A DNA stretch of 63,932 nt, filler included, from Choristocarpus tenellus KU-1152 (GCA_964200185.2; 14 parts of 14 records of this genome joined end to end with filler, not necessarily neighbours in it); one strand, 5' to 3'. Shown: positions 13,990 to 27,792, counted from the whole stretch's first letter. The notes: generated from the sequence alone by a model not told the origin. A program made the numbers and translations.

Positions 13990-15654
13990 CAGCGTGTTTC
14001 AACTTCACCAGAAAACTGCCTCTTCCTTACCCCTGTGTGCTCCACACTGAAGTCATTCTCCCCTTTATATCTAAGTACTTGATTGAACACCATAAGAAGG
14101 AGCTCCCAAGCCCTCTCAAGTGTGGTTTCATCATACTCCTCGTACTGTTTCTTGATGAGACCCAAAGTACCTGGAGGGGGGGGGGGATCTACACCAGAGT
14201 GTCCATTTGGACAAAAATCAGGAAAAGTACATTTACCTTATCCATCCGACATATGCAACCAAATCACCCAAAAATCGCGACATGAAAAAATTGACTCCAA
14301 ATGGATAGCTGCCACCTCCCCCCAGGTACTTTGAGCCTGATCTTCACCATCTCCTTGACGGAACCAAACCACTCCTCCATCACCCAGCATTTCAAAGACC
14401 TGAAGAAGCACAGGTCCATGATATTGAGGTCGGGGGAGTTTGATGGCTGTGTCACAACCCTAATCGACCACCTCTCAGTCTTCCCTGTCCCTAACAAAAT
14501 TTCTGAATTGCCCTTTCCCGTGTGAAGGGTGATACCATCTTGCTAAACGACAACGTGCTTCCCCTGCAACCAAGGTATCTTGGTCTTGATTGCAGGCAGT
14601 AACTCCTCCGTGTACCACTTCCTGTACCACAAATGGTCTAAAGTACACTCCTGCTCATACACATCCCCCTTTTTATTATTCTTGCTAGTCCTGTGTGCCG
14701 TTTTCGGCACACACACACGCCAAACACCAAGCTTTCCATCAAAGCTGTGAGTCAAATCTGGGCGGGCGTTGGCTGCAAAGATCATGGTTTGGGGGTAGAA
14801 CTCTTGTGCTGCACAGTAGAGGGCCCTGGAAGGTTACTATCATCTTCATGTGGAAATACCCTAACCCTTTCCCCATCAGCGATCACGTAAAACCAGGTTT
14901 CAGCCACTTGGGTCGTGTTCGCCATGGAGGCGAACACACCACGTTTCAGGTCCACTTGATAGCAAATAAAGTTCATTCTCCATACCTTTTGCCACGATTC
15001 AAGCTAGGGTTTGATCCAGGGGTGATTCGGCATGGTCCCCATATCATCCAACCACCTGTTTATGGCGCTCGTGCTATAATTTAGCCCCTTGGTGCCCATC
15101 TTCATTGTCACCTGATGCATTGTGGATGACCAATTGTCACAATTGATACTGTGTATTGCGACGATCTTGGTCGGTGTGAGCTCCAAAGTTCGCCCACTAC
15201 GTGTCACCACCACTAGGTCAAGCGTGTGGCCACGGGCGAGTTTATTGGTGAAGTCTTCCCAGAGCCCTTGCATGTAACGCTCGGACACTCCAAACTCGGC
15301 TGCAAGGGCCGGCCCAACGTGTGACGGCAGTTTGTGCTCACCAGGGACCATCCCAAGTTTGTGTCGCACTGCAAGCGCAACCCTGGTATTCAGGGACACC
15401 TGGGCACCCCTCCTACGCGGGGGGATCAATGGTGGGGTTGCCATGCCGCCATTCTGAACCTCGACATGCCCAGTTCTGGCCTCAAAATCACCCCAAAAGA
15501 CCCCTGCTTTGACGGCTTGAAGTACCTCGAGTTTGTACCTGATGATCCTCGACCCCCACCTTTTCTGAAAGCTGAGATCATCAACCTGATTCCATTCTGT
15601 GAGCTTATCATCCGATTCAGCGCCGTTCTCTTTCAGTGAGTCCAGATGTTTCAT
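13990..15654 (-). pseudogene. Tc1/mariner DD39D-type transposase, decayed and interrupted by a MITE
   Basis: HTH (LAAEFGVSERYMQGLW, RSGR), QVAETWFY (the DEKWF box), HKSSTPKP, FDGKLGVW, VVV*QDG (the QQDNA box), VTQPSNSPDLNIMDLCFFRSL and C-terminal KGENDFSVEH. Contains stops and frameshifts. The 3' boundary is approximate. Confidence 0.9.
14159..14337. mobile_element. MITE family B, full length, inserted in the mariner transposase
   Basis: GACCCAAAGTACCTGG...CCAGGTACTTTGAGCC with TSD TGA. Removing the element plus one TSD restores EMVKIIKKQYEEYD in frame. Confidence 0.92.
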
Positions 15655-16031
15655 GGCACAAACTTATGGCACACAGGTAGTATTACTTCATATTGAAGTA
15701 CGCACTAGAGGAATCATTTATTGTTACTTCCCTTTACTTCAATTTGGTGCCACATGCTGGGTAGACGAGTATCCTTGAGATGTATTGACTTGATTGGAAG
15801 TCACTAACCTTGACTGATGTTCGTTAGCAGTGTCTGACACCACATTCCTCTCCATTCGGACTCATTCTTTCCAGTGAGGTGAGTTATCACTCAAACTTCC
15901 AGAAGTGGGAATGTGTAGCCAACAATCCTCCAGACGAAAGCGACTCTTGCGTACAACTTCCCTCTGCTCCAGATCGACAACATGAGAGTGTCGTTCAGGG
16001 TTGATGTGGGCGTATGGGGATAAATGCTTCC

Positions 16032-16161
16032 GAGTGAAAGTATCTCAGAGGGTAGGAATTTTGCCCTGTTAGTCCATTTGGGGCGTGGCTTCCCACAGGT
16101 TCTTTATGACAATTTACCTACTCCGAAATGTTTCGACGTAGGTAAAATGTTAATGTTATGA
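16032..16161. mobile_element. MITE family A, partial (contig end)
   Basis: Starts GAGTGAAAGTATCTCAGAGGG; collinear with 16631-16760. Confidence 0.85.
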
Positions 16162-16261
16162 NNNNNNNNNNNNNNNNNNNNNNNNNNNNNNNNNNNNNNN
16201 NNNNNTTAATTAATTAANNNNNNNNNNNNNNNNNNNNNNNNNNNNNNNNNNNNNNNNNNNN

Positions 16262-16961
16262 CTCTTTATTTGCAATAGGGCTCAGCACAACAAAACGAGG
16301 GAGGTGATCAATGGAAGATAACACATACGAGCACATCACACCATTTGCTGCTGGGGAACGTGTTTTGCACTCTACCAAATCAATAGCAACACATTGAAAT
16401 GGTCTATCGACGGGCATATAGCCAGTGGGAAGCGTAGGTTTCTTATGAGCAGTCTTACTTGTTTGTCATGCTTGACAATCATGACACCATGTACGAACGT
16501 CAATATTGAATGTTGGCCACCAATACGAGTCTCTAACCTTATCGAACGTGGGTTTGAAACCTATGTGACCTCCAGACAATGTATGGTCATGACAAGCATG
16601 GAGTACAAGTCGGACTATCGAGTGAGGAACGAGTGAAAGTATCTTAGAGGGTACGAGTTTTGCCCTGTTTATCCATTTGGGGCATGGCTTCCCATGGTCT
16701 TTTCTTATGGCATTTTCATACTCCAAAATGTTTAGAAGTAGGTCAAATGTGTACGTTATGAAAAGGTGTATCCGGAACAAGGATATTGACACTTCCTAAC
16801 AAACATGATAGTCAAAATAACATCAACATGACAACATTGGATTTTGGACCCAAATGGACGCGGCTCTACCCTTTAAGATACTTTGACTCGAACGACCAAC
16901 TGGTCTCTAAACGTGCTCCTCTTTCGAAGATGGTCCGGAAAATACGAACGATACAGTAAGC
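16262..16961 (-). pseudogene. Ty3/gypsy integrase fragment (HHCC zinc finger and start of rve core)
   Basis: After removing the MITE it reads DQLVVPHSIVRLVLHACHDHTLSGGHIG...YWWPTF...WCHDCQA*Q...PVDRPFQCVAIDLV...YVLSSIDHLPRFVVL. Confidence 0.9.
16631..16889. mobile_element. MITE family A, full length, inserted in gypsy integrase
   Basis: GAGTGAAAGTATCTTAGAGGG...CCCTTTAAGATACTTTGACTC, flanked by GAAC on both sides (16627-16630 and 16890-16893). Confidence 0.92.
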
Positions 16962-17293
16962 TATACAAAATAGGACGATAGTGAAGTGTGCCTTATTTTT
17001 TGTAGATGAGATTATTGTGTTGTGAATGGAGTCCATGTGATGTAACTAATGAGATAGTATATCCGGATTATGTATTGGTATTTATTCCGCATTCAACTAC
17101 TTTGACATGTAAACGTTGACTTAGATAGGAAGCACAAATAATAATAAACAAGCAATGAGAAGACACTCCACAAAGGTCACTCTTCTAATTTCATCCATTC
17201 TTTTCACGTTCAGCAAAGGGGGTCGTGTGAGGCTTCACACCTTCTTATCTTCACTACTGATAAATAGCAATACCTCCAACGGTGATTTGCACA
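16962..17293 (+). mobile_element. 5' LTR of a Ty1/copia element
   Basis: Homologous to both solo LTRs (5' TG mutated to TA) and ends TTTGCACA. Followed directly by GGCTATGAG, which resembles the copia-type internal tRNA-iMet PBS (GGTTATGGG), then the gag ATG at 17313. Confidence 0.88.
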
Positions 17294-17312
17294 GGCTATG
17301 AGACTTGGTAGG

Positions 17313-18930
17313 ATGGAAACTGACCTGAAGAAACTTGCTGTCTGGACAGGGGCCACAGGAAGGTCATTGGAGACCTGGTGAACTTGGAGACTGTCACTGA
17401 TCGCCTACGCTGGTGGAAAGGGCTTGTACGAGATTACGACAAGGGACTACGAGATTCCTGAAACACCCACCACCATCTCGGGAGAGGCAGTGCGTATGGC
17501 ACATGCCACATACTCGAAGAATAACAAGGCGTTATGGTTCCTCCTTCTACAAACAACGAAGGGATCGGCATCGACGATTGTGGCCAAATACGAAAATGGA
17601 GGTCAACCAGAGGGCAGAGGAGCTTGGTTGGAACTAGAATGAGTCTACGGCGGACGCGCGGAGGACGAAATCCCCGTACAAGTCATCATGTTGGAGGCAA
17701 AACTCCGCGAATTATGGTGCACAGCGTCTCAGGACAGCACCGATTTTGTCGTTAAACTTGAACGACTATTTTCGGAATTCGAGGAGCTCAAGAAGCCCAA
17801 ATCCGAAAACATGAAGAGGGCATCTATACTACTTGAGGTCAAGGAAGTGATGCCACATGTGTTGGCGCAATTAATAACGCGCCTGGACATCAGCTATGAG
17901 GAGCTCAAAGGGGTAGTCATATCATCGACCACTTATCTTCACTCGGGTCAAGATGGTCATGATGGGGTATTGGCAATGCATGGCAATGTGAAGAATGGCT
18001 ATGCTCGGAAGACCAGGGGGTCAGCTGGAAGAGGTCTCAAATCATACTGCTTAAGGATGAACCATCGATGGCAGAATTGCTACCAATACTTAAAAGGAAA
18101 GTCACCGGCAACACGTCCGCCTGGGATGGCACCAAAAATATTTCCGCCACCTCCAACTCGTGGGAGCAGCAACAAAGTCGACGGAAACCAAGGTTGCTCC
18201 TTCTCCAGTTTCAAAGTGACAGCAGGCGAGGAGTTCAACAAAAGTGCGGTGTTCAACTCCTCCAGTGGAAGACAAGTCGAGATATTGTGTGACTCTGGAG
18301 CAAACGTACATCTTACACCTGATCGTGAAGACCTCGTAAGCAATCAGCCTACCAAACGCACATGCACCATCGGAAACACTGGGAAATTGGATGCGAAGGA
18401 AACCGGGGATATGGTTCTAATGGTGACGAACAAGGACGGCAAACCAACAAGAGTGGTCCTGAAGGATGTTCTATGGGTCCCAGGTCTACCATGCCGCATA
18501 TCGAGTACTGGAAGTATACGACGTAATGAAGGAAAATTGATGGATTCAGGAACAAAGGAAAGTTATCTGAGGGTCTCCAAGAACTCGCCCAAGATAAACC
18601 TGCAAAAATCGGGGGGGGTTCTTAAATTTAACCGGAACCATAATCACCATGGAACAAGAATCGAGAGCCAACGCTGCACGAGCCAACCAAAAGCAGAGGC
18701 TGACATTGAGGGACTGGCACAACACATTGGGACACATCAACCCATCAGCAATAAAGCATCTCGAGAAACGTGGACTTTTAGACATCACCGACGCTACTGT
18801 GGCATCAGAACTGCAATACAAGACCTGCAAGGAGTGCAAGTCGGAGGCCCTAAGCTATCAACGGGGTGGCAGGACCCCCAAGCAGCCCGGCGAGATTGTC
18901 CATACAGATTTGGCGGGGCCTGTTCGTAGA
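17313..18930 (+). pseudogene. Ty1/copia gag-protease-GAG-pre-integrase-integrase start (decayed, truncated)
   Basis: One frame from ATG 17313 with TGA stops at 17379 and 17640. Gag (GRGAWLELE, DFVVKLERLFSEF), degenerate zinc knuckle (SYCLRMNHRWQNC), protease ILCDSGANVHL and VLKDVLWVPGL. Frameshift at the G-run near 18611, then WHNTLGHINP...CKECK...GEIVHTDLAGP. The PR-then-IN order indicates copia. Confidence 0.93.
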
Positions 18931-19987
18931 TAGTGCTGCTGATACACTATAGACACCACTGGTGGATTATGTGATAGGGTANNNNNNNNNNNNNNNNNNN
19001 NNNNNNNNNNNNNNNNNNNNNNNNNTTAATTAATTAANNNNNNNNNNNNNNNNNNNNNNNNNNNNNNNNNNNNNNNNNNNNGCATTACCTACTTGGCCTA
19101 AAAAAATAAACCCCAAAAGGACAGCCCCCCCCCCCCCCCCACACACACACACACACATACACACAGATACTTCGAGCTTAGGCTATGTATGAGGGGTTGC
19201 CGATATATATATATATATATTTGAGAACTTCTATAACGAGGGCTAACTTGACCTTCAATACATAAATTGTTTCGACTAGAAGGTTGGCAGTTTGAACTTC
19301 TCACTCAGCACGTTGCAGTAACTTATTGTGTTTTCTTAGGCATACGTATTCTGTTCAAAAACGGGTCGACATGAGGCCTTGGTTCCACCAAAAAAAAAAA
19401 AATGTGGCCACATTGGCACACCCAGGGACTGCGATGCCACCTTCCAACACCCTTTCCGTGGTATCGATTACATGTAGGGACTGCCGTTGTGATGAACAAC
19501 CTGTTCCAGGAGGGGATGAAGATGAAGTGATGAAGATGAAGCCATGCATCCCTACTCTGCCGCACAGCTTCAGATATGTGGTGCAAGTGACATCCAGTGT
19601 AGATCCTGTGCCCTTGTCTCTCTCTAGTACTCACTGTTCAGTGAGAAGGGTCAAGGGCTTCAACTGGAGAAAAATGCTGCAAATCACTAATAGGCCTCCT
19701 CCACCCGCACGCCCCATTCATACACTCGCCGCCTCCTGAGGTCTTGGAGGGTGGGTGGATGGGTTGGGTATTTCCAGGCCTTGGAGACCCTTGACTTGGC
19801 TTGGCTTGACTTTCTAAAAGCTGTAGTACAAAACACCATGTATTTAAGTTGCAGTCAAAGGTGACTTTCAACAGGTAGTACAAAATTGGCCTCCTCTGGG
19901 CTTTTGTGCTTGTAGCGTCCTTCATGCCTCTGTCACAGTACAGTTGTGTATTCCCTGCTTCTCCCCACACCTCTATCGATGACGCAG

Positions 19988-21592
19988 GTTTCCCGAGCCC
20001 TGGGTGGCATTGGTCCATCAGATCCAATGGATGATGTGAAGGAGGGAGGTGGAACAGAGCGGCAGGGAGTAAGAGATGATGGAGTGGCACAAGGGGTTGC
20101 TGGCATGGGGGAGAGTCAGGGGAAGAAGCAAGGCCATGGAGGTGATGTTTCTGTTCCCCCTAACAGTGCTGTGTTGATCGTTGTTCAGGGTGAGGCTGGT
20201 GGTATCTTCCAGATGGTGTTTTGAATGGTAGCTCGAGTTAGATTGCGATCGGTTTCAAACAGAAATTGAGGGATGAATTTTGATTGGTTATTTTTTTGCA
20301 GGATTGTATGCTGGTTGCACTGCCCAACAGAGCTTGGTAATTTGCTCGCTACTGTTCTTGTGACTGGGTTGTTGTTTTTTTGAATGAATAATCGAGTGCA
20401 GTAATAAAAAAAAATCTTCCCAGTTTAACTTCCGATCATAAATGATTTTGATTTGATGGCACTACTCCCAGCATACTTGGTTTCACCTGAAAAAAGTGAA
20501 CTGTCACAGGTTCAACTAGGCTGGACCAGGTCCGCCCACAAAAAAATATCTACAGTCCGGCTGGCCCAGTGGAAGGCCCTGGTGTCTTTCCCTCACATCG
20601 CAAAGGCTGGGAGCTTTCTAGGCTACTAACCTATTAAAATATTAACCAATTTTCAATATATGCATCTATATATGTATCTAAAAGCGTATATTTGATTTTG
20701 ACTGTGTTCTTGGGTTGAGGTTAGGTTTAGTGCTCTCTGGTTGTTGCAGGGATAGTTGTGACGGAGGACAGATTTGTTCATGTCAGGGTTAGGGTGTGGG
20801 AACTGGACCAGAACCTTTTGTTGACTGCTGGCAAAAGTCCTGAAAATCGAAAGTTCTTAGATCTTTCTGTCAACTTCAACAGAGGCTTAGTGTAGTACTG
20901 TATTGCATTCAGCATCAGTTACCCTGGTCGCCCTACGAAGATGTTGAGAACACCCCTCAACAACTAAAACTATCCCCACTTCCACGCCTGTACTTGCCCC
21001 TTATATTTGTAATCTCTCCCTCCGTCTGAGCCTGTTGCTGAATTTCCTTTACCATATACGATCACCCCTTGCCCCTGAAGCAGCCAAAGCAGTAAGGTCT
21101 GCTGGACACTTGGACAGGTGGCATGAGATTGATCGCTGCCTCAAAGAAGTCAAACTTGAAGGGGTGGGAGTTGGCACTAGGAGGGCAGGAAGAGACCCTG
21201 CTTTGGTGCAACCATCATCTCCACCATTGTCTAAATTTTCCCCTTCAGGGGTTGAGTTCGATGGCAGGACTACTGTTGCCAGGATGAGCAATGGAGGGGC
21301 TCTGGCTGAGGGGAGTGTGAGTGTGATTTCAGGGGGTAAGTTGCCAGGAGGAAGGAAGGCGGCTCATGTTGAGGACATGGCGAGGAGGGGGAGCTATGCT
21401 GGAGAGTTGTCGAGGCGATATCCATCGCTGTTTTCTGCTGTTCAAGAGGGGGAGGATGTAATGATGACTGCTGCTCGGCTTGTGTCTGAGGAGGAGGGAG
21501 ATGTTGGTATTGGATACTTAGAGATGCAGGAGGCTGTGTCGTTTTTAGAGGAAGTGGGAGGGAGAGAGGATGGAGGTTGTGCAGTGTGGCAG
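19988..21592 (+). CDS. Probable exons of an unknown host protein (19988-20189 and ~21031-21592, possibly a small exon from 20750)
   Basis: G/E-rich open frames bounded by polypyrimidine-AG and GT. I could not fully reconcile the phases and recognise no domain. Confidence 0.45.
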
Positions 21593-22143
21593 GTTATTGA
21601 GTGAAGAGGTTTTTTCCGTTGTTGAAATAGTGAACACAGTTTGCAATGGGGGTACATTCATGAGTTGGTGACAGAAGGTAGATATAACGAGCAGTACTGG
21701 ATACTGTAGCCACAGGTATAGATGAGTAAGGTGTCACTAACTTGGTGGGCATGTGGCTCTGCATGTCCTAGGGTGCAAGGACAGACCCCCTTTGGGATAG
21801 TCATTTGGTTTGTCGAGAACTCATAGTTGCATTCAATGGATGCAGACAACTATGTGTAAAAAGCGTTTTTTTTACAAATGCATCTGAGATATTTTCTCAC
21901 CTTCTGTTGAAAATTTTTATACAATAGAGAAACCAACGCTCTCAAGTCAAACCTAACGCTTCGTCCATAGAAACATGGGTGAATTGAAAAAGATTGAAAA
22001 TCAGGATCAATATGTAAAACAGCCAAGACCTGGGTGCCTCTCGTTTACTTTGACCTCAGAAGATCAACTGAAAGGTTTAAATTGACCATTGCAATATTTC
22101 AGGATGATGACTTGGGCATTTACATAGAGGAGTGAAAACCTTA

Positions 22144-22377
22144 GAGTAAAAGTATGTTAGGGTTAGGGTACAAATTTTGCCCAGTTTGTCCGCTTGGGGC
22201 TTGACTTCCCATGGGTTTTTTATGACATTTTCCTACTCCAAGATAGTTCAGAGGGGGTAAAATGTGCATGTTACGAAAAGGTATGTCCAGAACAAGGATA
22301 TTGACACTTCCTAACAAACACGATAGCCAAAATGACATCAAAATCGCAACATTGGATTTTGGCCCCCAAATGGACGT
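22144..22377. mobile_element. MITE family A, one TIR lost
   Basis: TTA|GAGTAAAAGTATG... collinear with 16631-16860; stops after CAAATGGACG. Confidence 0.85.
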
Positions 22378-23229
22378 GACTAACTCAAGCTGCTGCACTA
22401 ATGTGGGGTATTGATCTGTCCTAGTTCTTGATTCAGAGGAGGATAAGGCTTCAAGTATCTGGGGGGGNNNNNNNNNNNNNNNNNNNNNNNNNNNNNNNNN
22501 NNNNNNNNNNNTTAATTAATTAANNNNNNNNNNNNNNNNNNNNNNNNNNNNNNNNNNNNNNNNNNNNCCCCCCAGATACTTTGACCCCAGGAATAATACT
22601 CAGTAGACTGCAAATGCCCGATTGTCCCCCCTCCATTTGCAGGGAACTCTCTAGGTAGTTCCTAACAAAATGTCAAATAGTGTATGATATTCCCATTTAC
22701 TTAACTTCCCCATCTTAGCAGTTATCATGATGATAATGTCTTGAAGTTTGATGTGGGAGAACTAAAAAGAAAGCTCACCATCAAAATGAATACATAATAT
22801 ATGTAACCTATATTTGCACAACGTTTGATTACTTTGACTTGGTAGAGTGACAAAAGGAGGATAGTGATGTCTGCAATTATTCAGACCGTATCCTCTCTCC
22901 GCTTTTAAACTAAATACACTTATAATCTTAGACAACGTCGACATCAACAACAATAGTGTTACAGTGTCTGAAATAGTATGAGTTTGTGACACTAAGGTCT
23001 TCCCATTGATTGTGGTAAATATTAAAACACAGCTGGGGTAAAACAGGTACGTACAGCGCACTATACTGAGTTCTGAGAAGTCTTGTCGAGAACAAATACT
23101 CCGTGGTAGTTCCAATAGAATATAAACTAGGCCTAAAATACAGAAGAGGGGGGGGAGAGGACTCCTCCCCCCCTATCTCTCTCTTCCGTGCATACTCTAC
23201 GGTCTGTGAGTTCTTTGTGTTGCTGGTGC

Positions 23230-23650
23230 CTTGCCAGAACCCGATACCCACTACTAATTGTTGCAAGGGACAGCTGCTCTTCACTATCTCACCAGCACTT
23301 GCAGTAGCCCAAGTCCAGGAAGCAATGAGCATCAAAATGTTAATTGGAGTAGCAATGAAGCACTGCAAAGAACTCCACAGCTTGATGCACTGATGGGCTG
23401 CAGGTACAACTAAGGGATCAGGCAACAAATCCAAATTGATAAAAAATACTAACGCAACAACATACAATTTATTACACAGAAAGGAAGGCGTTAGAGTACA
23501 TGAAGGATCCATGAGCCACTCTAATCCATTTGGATACGTGAGACATGCAAATTCAAGTGATGCAACCAATGAAGAGACAAAGAAGTATGAGAAGAAGCTG
23601 CTAATTGCCAGCACCAAAGGGACTGGATCAACAGTCAATAATTATGGATT
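23230..23650 (-). pseudogene. Possible highly decayed DIRS/Ngaro-type RT-thumb/RNase H remnant
   Basis: In order: LTVDPVPLVLAIS (compare GxxIDTxxMxLxLP), VSSLVASLEFACLTYPNGLEWL (compare LxSLxGxLxFAxxVxPxGRxFL) and PINILMLIASW (compare INVLEL). Motif resemblance only. Confidence 0.35.
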
Positions 23651-24535
23651 AAGAACGCTTGGATAAGTTTTGGTATATACAGTAAATTTTGTTATGTGTC
23701 TGAATCTAGGAACAATACACACTAACAACCATTCTGCAAACTACTACTGGCACGCAGAAAATATTGTTGCACTATAAAATAAAAAGGTGAATATTAATCA
23801 GGAAAAAAGGATTCCATCTCTCTTCTACATACCACTCCCCCCAAACATTTCTACTACAACAGAGTAATGCAATGCATGTAAAAGTGAAGTAGAGGTTTTC
23901 TAGTGCCCATGACAGGACAACCACACCAAAATCTGTACTAGTTGTACAACATTGATCAAACAAAAAAGGCATGTAAAGAGAAAGTTATCCACCCTCCACA
24001 AACGGCATCCCCTACAGGACGAATCTGGATAGTTGGGTATCGTAACAGATATGACAGAAATCGCACACAATCGCAGGGAAATACGCAACGTTGGAGTAGC
24101 ATCTCACCTACGTTCCCACCATGACACCACCAAAATTACTTTTTAAAGAGGTATTAATTCAATAATAACGAGCCAACACATGCTCCATTGGCAGTAATGA
24201 TGCTGCAGAACGCAAGGCAGCATTGACTTCTCAGAAGTACCCAACGCAGGTGTAAAGCTAAGTGGTAAGGCCAGGGCCTCAAATCTCTCATCCAAGAAAG
24301 AGCAGCAAATAGGACCAATGCACAACGTATAGCCTGCTCTTAAGGCTTAAACTACCACTAGCAAAACCATTCAGCAAACATTTATCACCTCCAAAACCCC
24401 CAATACAGCACTTTCTCCGATCTGCACAAGATGAAGAATTGAGATGGTCGCTGCTAACCCTCTTGCATCTCAACCACACGAGACAAATTCATCTGGCAAC
24501 AACGTCAAGGTCAACAAATACATATTTGTTCTCAC

Positions 24536-27397
24536 CTTCGCAAGTAGGGTGTCATAAATACGTCTACATACGGTTAGACAAACCTCCACGGCAAGTAACT
24601 GACCGTATAGTGAAAGTGTAATTGTGTAACAATTTAGATCCCTGGAGTATTTCGATTCATATTTGGTCTGGTCCTTATGAATTTTTTTTTGTGCGAAAAT
24701 CCCAGGGCTTCCAATATTTCATAGGGAGGGGATAGGAGTGAACCTGAAAATAGCAAAAATCGAAATTTTGGATATTTTGGGGAGTCTCTAGTACTGGGCC
24801 TTACTACTGGTCCTACTACTCCTAAAAATCGCCTTCCTTTTCATGGTGCAACAAAGTAAGAGGGACGTTAATAATTGCCTGTTTGTCCTCAAAATCGGCA
24901 GTGTGTGAGCAGTGAGCCCATTCTTACTACAAATCGGATTGCCGCCAGCAACACACTTGGGGCTGAGTGGTTTGGAGCAACAAGATAACTCTTAGCAAAT
25001 AATACCGCTGATTTATGTGTGCGTACGACCGACAGTATCTCTCAATATATGTAAGTATACCCACGGACATTTCCCAGATTTTGGAAGGAGGGAATAAGAA
25101 GAAATGTGGAAGGCAAAGTATTACAGAAAACACGGCAAGGGCAAAGTCTGTATTGTTATCATATGTCATACCGCCAATACCTCGTTCACAGTCATATCAT
25201 ACTGTTGACTCCCCTTTTCTATACTTAGTTCATTGCAACTAAATTGTTTTGCGTGCCCAAAGCAATCAAAGCGCTATGTCTCAAGTCGAACCAGTACGCT
25301 GACGAACATTCTACTAAGACAACCACCCGTTCTCGACTTGTCAAACACAGGAACTACTTGGAAGTACGTTTCTATTCATTCTATGCTAATTTATGTTGAT
25401 AAAAATATAATGTGATGATGCATTCCACCCAATAATGAAGTCGAGGAAACTGTGATGGTTCCTGCATGGAACTTACTTTTTCATATTTTTTGCAAGATTT
25501 TATTGCCCATACTTTGAAGTATATATACGTAGTTTCATCCTCCGCAACTACTTCTTCTGAAGGACACAATCCTCGAATCATGAGGGGCCCAGTCTCATTA
25601 AGGCGGTCGTTCTCAATCGAACAAATCTGTTCCTGAAAAACATTAGAAGGGTGAGCGATGGGCGGAGTAAATATAAGCCACCCATGAGTAGGGACGGTGT
25701 ATCATTAGTGGCCGATCAAATAGATACAAAAATTAAGGTGTGCCAGACCAGGATAAAGCACTACATCTCAATCAACAAGTGCACTTTCAATACCCCTCCA
25801 CTTTTGACGTTCGTCAAGTAGCAGTGACTTTGCCATAATCATAAACCATCACTAGACATGGTAAATCAAACGGGTAGAGTGGTGAGTGGGGTGGGGGGTC
25901 ACGTGACTTTTGCAAACCTGTGCTGTGTACAAGTCGCCCTCTATCCTGTGCTTTGCTGTTGATCGATCAACTCATCAGTGATCCATCCTACCACTATCAA
26001 TAGCAAGTAATGTAATGGCCCAAGACACGTTAATCAGGAAACAAAGGTGAGAATATGATGGGAAAAAATGTTACGATTATGTTTCGCAGTATTTATTATC
26101 ATTATGTTCGTAAATCATCCCCCGACCAAGAGGTGCACCTGGATGCAATAAAACGGTCCCCAGAAATGGTAAAAAAAAACGCCTCGCGCATTACGAAAAT
26201 ACCATTACTCGATTTGAGTTTTTAAAAAAATCTCTTGTGTAGTGACTTTCATTTTTGGGGGACTTTGTTGTGCATACAAAACATGAAAATAGGGGGTGTT
26301 GCGCATGGGTTAATAAAAGGCGCAAAGTGTAAACAGCCAACACATGTGGTATACCTCTCTCTTTCATATAACTCACTCTTGGTAGTAGTAATCCATGTTT
26401 CTTGTCAAAAACACGACCTGTCAATGATCCAGGACAAGGATGTCGATCAAATATAATTAGAAGACGGTGCACACATACAAACACACACAGACGGTGCACA
26501 TATACAAACACACACAGACGGTGCACACACAGATATCTGTACCTGGGCTTAAAAAATTGCTTATTATGTACCTACTTTTACCATTTATGATTAGCTGAAC
26601 ATTTTATTTTGCTGCAATCGTCACCACTCAAAAACACTTACACTTGGTCCTCCACAAGGTCCAACAGTACAGCCCCCCCGCCCAGGATCCTATCAAGTTC
26701 TGGCTGCACACCCTGACTCCAATTTAGCAAGCAAGCCTTATCATCTCAACACTACAAGCAGAGTGTATCACCAGGATAGCATGAAATGATACTATACTAA
26801 AATTTCGATCACTTTGTCCTAAATAATCCTAAATACTATTAATAGTACTGTCCACGACCACCATCTTGTTGTTGCTGAGTACATCGACGTTGTAGGCAAT
26901 GAACGAACTGACTACCATAGGCACCTCCTAACTACCTCCTCTACACAGCAGGCTTCCTCTAAAACTGTCTTGTTGCCATTTGATCATAATACGATAGGAA
27001 GGGCAGTGTAAACTGTGGACAGGATATGCGTACTCATTTGCATGCAGGGAAAGAAAGACAAGGACCAATTTTGGTAGTACAGTGATACTACGACTGCACC
27101 AGAAATTGTCAACAGAATTTGATTGTTAACAGGATGTTCCACACGTTTACACCGTCAATAATTCACTTTTGCAACACCATACCTCTCTAACCCTAACACC
27201 ACATTTCAGTCCAGTCAGGAGAATGCAATCGATTTCCTAGATTGATCAGTAGTTCCTCATAAAATTTTCTTGTAGATATTCATCACCTTCCTCATGTAAG
27301 ATAACACACTTGGGTTCAAAAAGTCGAGAAGGGGAGGCAGAGATCCGAACCATGCAAATGATGCGATCCACAAGGGTGGCCAAGGTAGGCACCAAAA
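24536..27397 (-). CDS. Putative exons of unknown gene or 3' extension (27287-27397, 25477-25632, 24536-24598)
   Basis: Three segments with AG acceptors and GTGATG/GTAAGT/GTGAGA donors, each open and a multiple of 3. The clearest is TTTTCAG|EQICSIENDRLNETGPLMIRG...KKYEK|GTAAGT. No domain recognised. Confidence 0.35.
26462..26533. repeat. 27-bp minisatellite, about 2.5 copies
   Basis: Unit agacggtgcacacatacaaacacacac. Confidence 0.8.
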
Positions 27398-27792
27398 CTT
27401 GCAAATACACCAAAACGTGCACCACGTGTAACAAATAAAGAAACATACACAAACACAAACACACACACACACACACACACACAAATACAGCATAATGTGT
27501 GTGTGTGAGCAAAGCACAGCAGATACTACCTGCAAAAAAAACTATTTTAATAGACCTCAATAAAGCAGATGAAACACGTACAAGAAGTAACACCTCATAA
27601 AAAAAGAAGATATAAGTCCATCTCTGGTCTAACCTCCAATCAGGGGACACTAGAGGTAAATCATAAAAAAAAAACTCAACGAAATTAGGACATGCACTAC
27701 CACCTCACTACACAGTACTAGATTTTGAACTAGTCCCTAAATAGTTCACAGTCTGTACTGCTGGAGCAACAGTATCAGATCAGTACTAACCA

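Noticed and set aside
22157-22168. TTAGGG telomeric repeat
   Set aside because: Only two units, inside a mutated MITE TIR.
22447-22587. Single family B MITE spanning the linker, implying the two contigs are adjacent
   Set aside because: Flanks do not form a TSD (TAA versus CAG), and B ends occur at many contig termini.
23146-23180. G/C hairpin (GGGGGGGAGAGGACTCCTCCCCCCC) as a Helitron 3' end or terminator; similar 10-bp stem at 3443-3471
   Set aside because: No downstream CTRR terminus, low complexity and single copy.
22928-23638. 236-aa membrane protein gene
   Set aside because: No splice structure or family signature. It is better explained as a decayed RT/RNase H remnant running into non-coding DNA.
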